A stretch of DNA of 64,000 nt from Octopus vulgaris (taxonomy: Eukaryota): the NCBI GenBank assembly GCA_951406725.2, contig OX597829.1, forward strand, positions 24,614,001-24,678,000, written 5' to 3'. Numbering within the stretch: the stretch's first letter is position 1; every line of letters starts with the position of its first letter. The notes beneath the pieces are model-generated. The model was not told the origin of the DNA. It saw only the letters and a program-made list of their open reading frames with translations, and did no database searches. Shown in pieces: positions 54,240 through 64,000 of the stretch. The position numbers and the translations under genes are program-made.

Positions 54240-54833
54240 TCTCTAACTGTGGAGAGAACCTGTGGTAGAGGTAGACCCAAGAAGACATGGGACGAGGTGG
54301 TGAAGTATGATCTTTGAACGTTAGGTCTCACAGGGGCAATGACTAATGACCAAGACATCTGAAGATATGCCATGCTTAATACACATCAAGCCAAGGGAAA
54401 TTGTAGTTGTGGCTGATGCTGGTGTCACATAACTGGCACCCATGCCAGTGGCATCTAAAAAACACCTTTCAAGAATTGGGCCTCATGGAGGCAATGTGGC
54501 CAATGCTGATGGCATGTAAAAAGCACCTTTCGAGCATTGGGCTTCAGAGAGGCAATGACAAATGACTGAGACCTTTGGCAATATGCTGTGTTTGAGAAGA
54601 TGAGAAGACCCATTGAGCCAAGTGAATTCTTAGACATGGCAGATACTGGTGTCATGCAACTGGCACTTAAAAGCACCCATTAAACGCTGAGATTGGTTGG
54701 ATTTAGGAAGGGCATGCAGCTGTAGAAACCACATCAAATCAGACTGAAGCCTGGTGCAGCCCTCCAGTCTACCAGCCCTGGTCAAGTCATCCAACCCATG
54801 TCAGCATTGACAACGAATGTTAAATGGTGATGA
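54240..54833 (+). mobile_element. Older RTE 3' fragment in the RAD6 intron
   Basis: RGRPKKTWDEVVKYDL plus the UTR. Confidence 0.8.
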
Positions 54834-55207
54834 TATACATATATGTAAATAAATATATATTTATGTATATGCATATTGTGGTATCTCCTCTACAGTAAGA
54901 GGCCTGTTTCTGTACCTCTATCATACTTTAACTCCTCACCTGGCACAACCGAGTATGAAGTGGCTGGCATCAGGAAAAACATCCAGGTGGAGAAACCATG
55001 CAAAAGCAGACATTGGAGCTTGATGTAGTCCTCTGGCTTGCTAGCTCCTGGCAAACTATCCAACTCACATCAGTATGGAAAACAGACGTTAAATGATGAT
55101 TTGTTCTGTTTTCCATTTGTGTCTTTTGTTGTTGAAAGAATACTTCATGTTCCATGTACTCGTGCTTCATACTTTTTTGTTGTACATGTTTCATGACATC
55201 TTGTGCC

Positions 55208-55265
<58 letters not shown>

Positions 55266-55310
55266 CATGTATAGATGTAAGTATGTACATATACGTATGT
55301 ATATATATAT

Positions 55311-55639
55311 AATTAATTGTTATCGCCATATTAATATGGCAGTCTTATAGATATAAGACTAAAAGCTGTTGCTGATTAGCTCCATGAGGCCATCGCCTTA
55401 AGATAGCTATTTGACACACAAACTGTGTCCATTATAACCTTCGAACAAGGGAGGTCAGCCGCTTCACACTGCCAGTCAGACAGCTACAGACGCGTTTCAG
55501 GGTATTTGCCCTTTGTCAATGTAGCGACAGCTTTTAGTCTTATATCTATAAGACTGCCATATTAATATGGCGATAACAATTAATTTCCAGTAACGCTACC
55601 GTAATCTCTTTTAGAGAGACTTAGTAATTTTAATATTTC

Positions 55640-55643
<4 letters not shown>
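55311..55643 (-). mobile_element. Second locus of the 360-nt HHR element, with inversion
   Basis: 55311-55525 is homologous to 39786-39998. 55523-55643 is an inverted copy of the region at about 39728-39844. Confidence 0.85.
55483..55525 (-). ncRNA. Minimal type-I hammerhead ribozyme, U3:A8 variant, sense to the RAD6 pre-mRNA
   Basis: gctaca-TTGACAA-aggg(caaata)ccct-GAAAC-gc-GTC-tgtagc. Confidence 0.82.
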
Positions 55644-55683
<40 letters not shown>

Positions 55684-55724
55684 GCATATGTATATATGCA
55701 TATACATATGCATATATATATATG

Positions 55725-55771
<47 letters not shown>

Positions 55772-56388
55772 TATATTATTATATGATTGAATGCTACGCA
55801 TCCTCTTTCAAGTAAGTTTTATCTTAATAATTCTGATGCGCACTCTATATGATCTTTTTACTCTTTCATTTTTCTCTATCTTATTCTTTTGCTTCCTCTT
55901 CTACCACTATTCTATCCTATTACTCTGTCACTCACTCTCCTTCACACCTCCTCCGTTGCTCACGTGGCTCCCACTTGACCATTGGTCATTTTTCTTTCTT
56001 TCTTTCTCTCCATTGTAGCTGGAACAAGGAAGACGTGTTCTTGTATGTCTCCTGTCCTAGCATGATTTATGCGTTTGCCACCACAACCTTGTTTAGGTTT
56101 AGCAGTCCTTCCTGTTTGTGTTACCTACTTTGACCCTCCACAAAATCCCAAATTTTATTTAATTTGCTTTGTGGGAGCAACTGTTTTATCAAAAGTATAT
56201 ATTTTTGTTAAATGCTTGAAATAGGAGTCTAGAAAAACAGCCAACAACTGATGAAGGGTCGTTCTCTATGTTGTTTGCCTTGTTTTCCATTTGTGTCTTT
56301 CGTTGTTCAAAAGAATAGTTCATGTTCCATGTACTTGTGCTTTGTACTTTTTTGTTGCACGCGTTTCATGACATCCTGTGCCTACATA

Positions 56389-56740
<352 letters not shown>

Positions 56741-56743
<3 letters not shown>

Positions 56744-58351
56744 TTATCATCATCATCATCGTTTAACGTCCGGTCTTATCTGGCAATGTTTCTACAGCTG
56801 GATGCCCTTCCTAACGCCAACCACTCCGTGAGTGTAGTGGGTGCTTTTTACGTGCCACCTGCACTGGTGCCAGGTGAGGCTGGCATCAGCCACGGTCGGA
56901 TTGGTGCATTTTACGTGCCACCGGCATGGAAGCCAGTCGAGGCGGCACTGGCTTCAGCCACGATCCGGATGTGCTTTTTATGTGCCACCGACACGGAAGC
57001 CAGTCGAGGCGGCGCTGGCATCGGCCACGATTTGGATAGTGCTTTTTCATATCTCCAGTCCAGGGGTCCTGGCATCTGCTGGGTGCCAGTCATAGGATTG
57101 GTTCAATTTCGATTTCGATTTCGATTTCACTTGCCCCAACAGGTCTTCGCAAGCAAAGGGGGGTTGGCATAGGTGCCTGTCGCCGGATGAGGTTCGATAT
57201 CGACTTCGCTTGCCTCAACAGGTCTTTGTGTGTCCAAGGGAGGAAAGGCATGCATAAGTGGGCTGGACTCACTTGTCCTGCCTGGTCTTTTCACGCACAG
57301 CATATTTCCAAAGGTCTCGGTCGCTGGTCATTTCCTCAGTGAGACCTAAAGTTTGAAGGTCGTGCTTCACCACCTTGTCCCAGGTTTTCCTGGGTCTACC
57401 TCTTCCACGGGTTCCCTCCACTGCTAGGGATTGGCAGGTAGAGGCCACGGGTTATGGCCTCACTAGTCTTGCCGGGTCTTCTCACACACAGCATACTTCC
57501 ATAGGTCTCGGTCTCTAGTCATTTCCTTGGTGAGACCTAAAGTTCGAAGGTCGGGCTTCACCACCTCGTCCCAGGTTTTCCTGGGTCTACCTCTTCAACA
57601 GGTTCTCTCAACTGCTAGGGTGTAGCACTTTTGTACACAACTATCTTCAGCCATTCTCATCACATGACCATACCAGTGTAGACATCTCTCTTGCACACCA
57701 CAACTGATGCTTCTTAGGTTCAACTTTTCTCTCAAGGTACTTACATTCTGTCGATTATGAACACTGACATTACACATCCATCGGAGCATACTGTCTTCAT
57801 TTCTTGCGAGCTTACGCATATCCTCAGCAGTCACGGCCCATGTTTCACTACCATGTAGCATGGCTGTACATACACATGCATCATGCAGTCTGCCTTTTAC
57901 TCTGAGCAAGAGGCCTTTTGTCACCAGCAGGGGTAAGAGCTCTCTAACTTTGCCCAGGCTATTCTTACTCTAGCAGTTACACTTTCAGCACACCCACCCC
58001 CGCTACTGACTTGGTCATGTAGATAGCGGAAGCTATTCAACTACTTCTAGTTTGTCTCCCTGGAACGTGGTAGAAGTTGGTCTCTGCACATTTCCAGTGT
58101 TTATTGCTCCTGAGCATCTGCCACAGACAAAAACTATTTTCCTAGTTAGCCTTCCTTTGACATTGCTGCACCTCTTATGTGTCCATAGCTTACACTTGGT
58201 GCACCTTATAGAGTTTCTACCTACACCTTTTTTACAGATCGAGCAGGGCCATCTACCTGAAGTCGTTTGTGATTGGTCCACCTTCCTACTTATTAGGACT
58301 TTGGTTTTGGCTAGGTTGATTCTAAGGCCCTTCGATTCTAATCCTTGTTTC
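56741..58351 (-). mobile_element. Two abutting RTE 3' fragments (junction at about 57437)
   Basis: The ORF end occurs twice in different variants. WKQGLESKGLRINLAKTK, the PHD-like finger and LHGSETWA are present. Confidence 0.9.
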
Positions 58352-58401
<50 letters not shown>

Positions 58402-58657
58402 GTATATTTATATATATGTATACTATATATACAGGAGATGCAGATGTGGGCAGCAGCATTGAACTCCCTTGTTGATCAAGTGCCACGTATCAGAGGTGGA
58501 TTCACATATTAGTGTAGCTCATTCAGCGGTGGTGCCCCAGCATGGCCGCGGCCTTCAGGCTAAAACATTTGTAAGGATTTAAGGATATATATATTCTACA
58601 TTTCTGCTAAAACGAACAGGTCAGTAAACAAGCTCGCCTTGAATTCATAATATTCTG

Positions 58658-58702
58658 TTACTTTTGACAATCTTTTTCCAAAGAGTGAAACCGGTTAAGT
58701 AA
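58658..58702 (+). ncRNA. Minimal HHR-like motif, U3:A8 variant, separate family
   Basis: ttactt-TTGACAA-tcttt(ttcc)aaaga-gt-GAAAC-cg-GTT-aagtaa. Confidence 0.6.
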
Positions 58703-58740
58703 ATAAATATCTTTTAAATTGCATTTTCAAACCTTCTTTC

Positions 58741-58772
<32 letters not shown>

Positions 58773-58813
58773 CATTTATATATATATGTATATCATTTAT
58801 ATATATATGTATA

Positions 58814-58859
<46 letters not shown>

Positions 58860-59136
58860 TATATATATATGTGTATATTATTTTATATATATATATTATT
58901 TATATTTTATATATACATATATATATATGTATAAACTTTGGAAGTGTCAAATGTGGTTGATACTTTACAGACAAGCAGGTAAATTTTGAATGCAGTATAG
59001 CTGTAAGAACAGCTGAGAAAAACTGAGTATTTACCCTTGTAAGACGGAAAAAAGTTTCCAGCAGGTAGCTACAGGAGTAAACTTGTACCCCTTAGATACT
59101 GGCTGAGTGCTCAACCATTAAGCTAAACAGCCCCTA

Positions 59137-60272
59137 TCATCATCATCATCATCATTTAGCATCCGCTTTCCATGCTAGCATGGGTTGGACGGTTCAACTG
59201 GGGTCTGTAAAGCCAGAAGGCTGCATCAGTCCCAGTCTGATCTGGCAGTGTTTCTACGGCTGGATGCCCTTCCTAACGCCAACCACACCGTGAGTGTAGT
59301 GGGTGCTTTTTACGTGCCACCCGCACAGGTGCCAGATGGAGCTGGCAAACGGCCACGGACGGATGGTGCTTTTTACGTGCCACTGGCACGGGGGCCAGGC
59401 GAGGCTAGCAGCGGCCACGATCGGATGGTGCTTTTTACGTGCCAAGGCATGGCTGTTTGCTTAAGAAGTTCAGGACTTCACTCTGGAACTAGGCATCTGG
59501 TTCCATCATGTGGAAGCAGCTGATGTTCTATACAACAGCTATGGGTATCAACATCATTATCATCATCGTTTAACGTCCGTTTTCCGCGCTAGCACGGGTT
59601 GGATGGTTCGACCGGGGTCTGGGAAGCCAGGGGCTGCACCAGGCTCCAGTCTGATCTGGCAGTGTTTCTACAGCTGGATGCTCTTCCTAACGCAACCACT
59701 CCGCGAGTTTAGTGGGTGCTTTTTACGTGCCACCGGCACAGGTGCCAGGGGAGTCTGGCATCGGCTACGATCAGTTGGTGCTTTTAATGTGCCACCGGCA
59801 CAGAAGCCAGTCAAGGCAGCGCTGGCATCGGCTACATTCGGATGGTGCTTTTTATGTTCCACCGGCACAGAAGCCAGTCAAGGCAGCGCTGGCATCAGCT
59901 ACATTCGGATGGTGCTTTTTATGTTCCACCGGCACAGAAGCCAGTCAAGGCAGCGCTGGCATCGGCTACATTCGGATGGTGCTTTTTATGTTCCACTGGC
60001 ACAGAAGCCAGTCAAGGCAGCGCTGGCATCGGCTACATTCGGATGGTGCTTTTTATGTTCCACCGGCACAGAAGCCAGTCAAGGCAGCGCTGGCATTGGC
60101 TACATTCGGATGGTGCTTTTTATGTTCCACTGACACAGAAGCCAGTCAAGGCAGCGCTGGCATCGGCTACATTCGGATGGTGCTTTTTATGTTCCACCGG
60201 CACAGAAGCCAGTCGAGGCGACGCTGGCATCGGCCATATTCGGATGGTGCTTTTTATGTGCCACTGGCACAG
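59137..60272 (-). mobile_element. Two RTE 3' ends; the second has a 67-bp tandem array (about 7.5 copies, 59775-60270)
   Basis: GGATGG recurs at 59840, 59907, 59974, 60041, 60108, 60175 and 60242. Confidence 0.92.
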
Positions 60273-60841
60273 GTATCATCAGAAGAAATTGCTAAACAAA
60301 TGCTGAGGAGTAAGAGTGAGCATGTGTGTGTGCATGTATGTACATACAATCATGTGCAAATGAGGCCGTATTTCTCCTCACTGTTCACATTAAATAAAAG
60401 ATTGATGTTCTTACATGTTGCAGTGTTTGCTTATAGCTCACTGCAAAACCATGTCTGAGTTTCTTGACATGTTGCCTCTTCTTTATAAAACAAAAAAAAG
60501 GCACGTTCAAACTGTTGTTTGTGTCCAGTTCTCTGTGTAAACATGTGTGGGATGTCGACAGTTTGATAGGGTAGTGGATTATTTTCTTGCCTGGAACAAG
60601 TAAAGGTTGGTGACAGGAAGGTCATCTGAATAGAGAAAATTCCACTGCAACAGTTTTATCATCATCAGCAACATTTTAATGAATGCAAGGCTCTTAAAAA
60701 GTAGATGTCAAAATGATGATGATGGTTACGATGATCTACATGCGTGTGTGTGTAAAGGTCAGGACAACTCCACTATCAGCATGAAATCATACCAAAAAAT
60801 GGTCAGTAGTTATTCTAACAATTGCATTAGAACAAAATCAC

Positions 60842-61366
60842 TTAACCCTTTTGTTACCATATTTCTGTTGAGATGCTCTGCGTTTCTTTCAATTAATTTT
60901 AAATATAAGAATTTAGTAAAATCAAGCATGATCATTGCCAGAGCAACAAACTGGCTTCTGTGCCGGTGGCATGTAAAAAGCACCATTCGAGCATCATCGT
61001 TACCAGCATCGCCAGGTCGTTGCCAGTGCCGCTGGACTGGCTCCTGTGCAGGTAGCACATAAAAAAACACCATTTGAGCATGGCCGTTGCCAGTACCGCC
61101 TGACTGGCCCTCGTGCCAGTTGCATGTAAAAGAACCCACTACACTCTTGGAGTGGTTGGCATTAGGTAGGGCATCCAGCTGTAGAAACTCTGCCAGATCA
61201 AGATTGGGGCCTGATGATGATGAACTTAGTTATTATTAAGCTAGTGTTAGGAACATAAATTGTGACTAAGGTTTGATAGAAGACTGTAATTCAGAACTTT
61301 TGAAAACAAGACATTTATACTACAGAACCAGAGGCGGTTTCAGTTGGAGTAGTATCAAAAGGGTAA
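60842..61366. mobile_element. piggyBac-like MITE with a nested RTE 3' fragment (about 60922-61222)
   Basis: TTAA-CCCTTTTGTTAC ... GTATCAAAAGGG-TAA ends. Confidence 0.7.
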
Positions 61367-61381
61367 ATCATATATATATTT

Positions 61382-61518
61382 ATTATTCTTATATAAAAAT
61401 GTTCTTGACAGAGACTTCAAAGTTTTAGCCAGTTAAGCCATTATCAGACTACCTGACAATTGCTTAACTTGCTGAAACATTGAAGTCACTATCAAGAACA
61501 TTCTTGTATAGGAATAAT
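61382..61518. repeat. Palindrome made of two back-to-back degenerate HHRs
   Basis: Plus strand CTGACAA-ttgcttaacttgct-GAAAC-attgaa-GTC-acta. Minus strand tagt-CTGATAA-tggcttaactggct-AAAAC-tttgaa-GTC. Confidence 0.6.
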
Positions 61519-61574
61519 TTGTACTCAACAAAAATATTGAGTAACCTATAAGATTAATGTAAAATTATTTTATT

Positions 61575-61970
61575 GTAAAAAGCACTATTTGAGCATGGTC
61601 GATACCAGTCCCACTGAACTGGCTCCCATGCAAGTGGCATGTAAAATGCACCATGGGAATGTGATCAATGCCGCCTGACTGGTCCTGTGCTGGTGGCACA
61701 TAAAAAGCACCATTCAAGCACGATCATTGCCAGTATTACCTGACTGGTTCTTGTGCCGGTGGCATGTAACGAACACCATTTGAGCATGGTCAATGCCAGT
61801 ACTGCCTGACTAGCCCGTGCTGGTAGCACATAAAAAGCACCCACAACACTCTCAGAGTAGTTGCTGTTAGGAAGAGCATCCAGCTGTAGAAACCTTGCCA
61901 GTCCTGAGTCAAACCATCCAACTCATGCTAGCATGGAAAGTAGACATTAAATGATGATGATGATGATGAT
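61575..61970 (+). mobile_element. RTE 3' UTR repeats and tail
   Basis: GTGGCACATAAAAAGCACC units and a (GAT)n tail. Confidence 0.85.
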
Positions 61971-63097
61971 GTAACTAATCATAAACCCCCCCACACACAC
62001 ACACAAAACCACACAGATGGGTGCTTACATGTGTATGTAATATTCAAACACAAAAGTGACTATGAACTCAAAATAATAAACTTTTGGCCCACTGACAAAT
62101 CCAAAATTATTACTACAGTGTTACTACATTATTTCAGTACTGCTATATTATAGCTACATTATTAGTTCAGATATTACTTTCAATTGCTGAGCAACAAACA
62201 AGAAGTACTTGGCTGACCTCCAGGTAACTCTAATCCCTCCAAGATAGAAGAAACATCATAAAAATAATTGTTTCAACATAAGTCACTCTAACCATTCCCA
62301 AGATACGGGAAAGAAAGAAAGAAAAAAATTTAAATAACAGTAATCTAATTTTGAGACCTTATAATTATAGGTCTGGTGTTCATCTCAATTTAAGTAGATG
62401 AGATAGAAATGACATATTGGATAGTAAACTATTATATCACACTGTGGTACCTACTTACAGCTCGGTAAACTGGACTGCTGGTAGTTAAGTGTGCTGGTCA
62501 CAGAGACAGTACAGTGATCTATACCACTATATCACAATTACTTAAAGTATTCTCATATGTTTCTGAAACTAGTTTGTGTTTTCCTTTTTCTCATCATCAT
62601 CATGATGACATCCATGTTTCATACTGGTATGCGTTAGACAGTTCAAGGACTGCATCATGCTTCAATGTCTGCTATTGTAGGGTTTCTACAGCTGGATACT
62701 CTTTTTAACACCATCCACTTTACAGAGTGTACCAGGAGCATTTTTTTTTTCTGACACTGACACTAGTTTGAATATATGTGTGTGTGCGTGTATGTGTGTT
62801 TGTATGTGTATAAATGAATGTGCATGCATTTGTGCCTTAGCACTCATATATGCGTGAGTCAGAACATACAATTCTTGCAAGCACACGAGTACTTAAATGC
62901 ATAAACATGCATTTGCACAGATAGGTTAACATTTTCATGAATGAATGAATATCTGAATACCTGTTGTGTGCACTCAATAACCCAGTTGTACTATCATATA
63001 TGCGTTTTGTACAAAGTTATACATACATTTAAATACCATATACTTTAGATGTTTATGTGAAACAAAAGAATAAAAAGAACTTGTAAAAACTGTTTAC

Positions 63098-63186
63098 CTG
63101 AATGGATGTTAATATCGATGATACATCGTATGTTGGACTCCATCTATTCTGAAGTATATCCAAACATATGCTACCATCAGCGTAGA
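63098..63186 (-). CDS. UBE2A: RAD6/UBE2A-B ubiquitin-conjugating enzyme E2, internal exon containing the catalytic Cys
   Basis: Minus strand reads ctag|TC TAC GCT...ATT CAG|gtaaac and encodes (V)[29 protein letters not shown], matching the RAD6 active-site region. The exon is 89 nt with canonical AG/GT ends. Upstream exons are not seen in the window. Confidence 0.96.
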
Positions 63187-64000
63187 CTAGCAGAAAAAAA
63201 CAAAGACAACTTTATATTGCAGTTATTAATTAATAGGTTGGTTATTTAATGAGAAAAACTGGTAAAAATCAATTTCTTTCACGCATACATAGACAATTTT
63301 ACAAAGAGGAAAAACTCTAGATGAAATCTGAAATTTCAACATACATTTTATTATGCTCAATGGAGCATGAAAGACCAAGATATATCTGTTGAAATTTGGT
63401 CTTGGAGTAGGGAGAGATGAAAACTATCTTTAATTACTATTAAATGTCTAATTATATTCATTTGTTCAATATCTGTCTTCCCATGCTGGTTCAGATTTAG
63501 ACAGAGAATTATTTCAGGTAGGATTTTGTAACCAAATGCTGAACCTATTTCCAACTTTTGCTTGTTTTTCAAGTAAAGAATTCTTTCTTTATCCTTGAGG
63601 TCTTCAAATTTGCAGCATAACTGGTTATAACATAAATAAAGAATGTTACTTACATCAAAACTGCAAGTGACAAGTGAGGAATCTAAGAACATTAACACAC
63701 ATCATCATGTACACACACACACACACACTTGGCAGGCTTCCTGCAGTCTTCATCTAACAAGTCCCCATGCAAGGCATTAATTTGGTCAACCTGGGAAGTA
63801 TTGTATAAGATACTTACCATGGTGTTGCAAGGTGAAACTGAACTAAAAGTCACGGTTATGAACCAAACTTCTTGACCAGATAGGAAAAAATAAACACCAA
63901 CAGTCATAGCAGTGTGGTAAGAAGCTAGCTTCCCAACCACATGGCTCTGGGTTCAGTCCAACTGCATGTCACCTTGTCACCTTCTACTATAACCTACTAT

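Noticed and set aside
59775-60270. CRISPR-like repeat/spacer arrays (also 6744-6990, 18580-18850, 36310-36585)
   Set aside because: The units sit in the 3' UTR of a eukaryotic RTE LINE, the spacers are related or identical to one another, and no cas genes are present.
59510-60458. Repetitive 150-250 aa ORFs
   Set aside because: They are by-products of the stop-free 67-bp tandem unit and are open in several frames at once.
63357-63698. 113-aa intronic ORF upstream of the RAD6 exon
   Set aside because: It is not RAD6 sequence (no PPTVRF/FHPN motif) and is at most a decayed LINE C-terminus.

Overview
Eukaryotic, AT-rich, microsatellite- and retroelement-dense DNA. The repeat families (RTE LINEs with a (GAT)n tail, tRNA-derived SINEs, R4/Dong, CR1, Penelope-like elements) are most consistent with an octopus or other coleoid cephalopod genome (inference). 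The only host coding sequence I can identify is the last two exons of a minus-strand RAD6/UBE2A-B ubiquitin-conjugating enzyme gene (63098-63186 and 53702-53854), which ends in an unusual acidic tail. A CpG/ETS-rich promoter-like island lies at about 13.3-13.5 kb. The main hidden signal is RNA structure: about a dozen minimal type-I hammerhead-ribozyme (HHR) motifs. These include a non-coding ~360-nt tandem element bounded by HHRs (39424-40074, with a second locus at 55311-55643 inside the RAD6 intron). Its ribozymes carry a U3:A8 core variant and show compensatory base changes between loci, so it is a candidate retrozyme-like, circRNA-forming element mobilised by Penelope-like elements. Most ORFs in the supplied track are microsatellite or transposon artefacts. 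Repeat boundaries are approximate and were read by eye.
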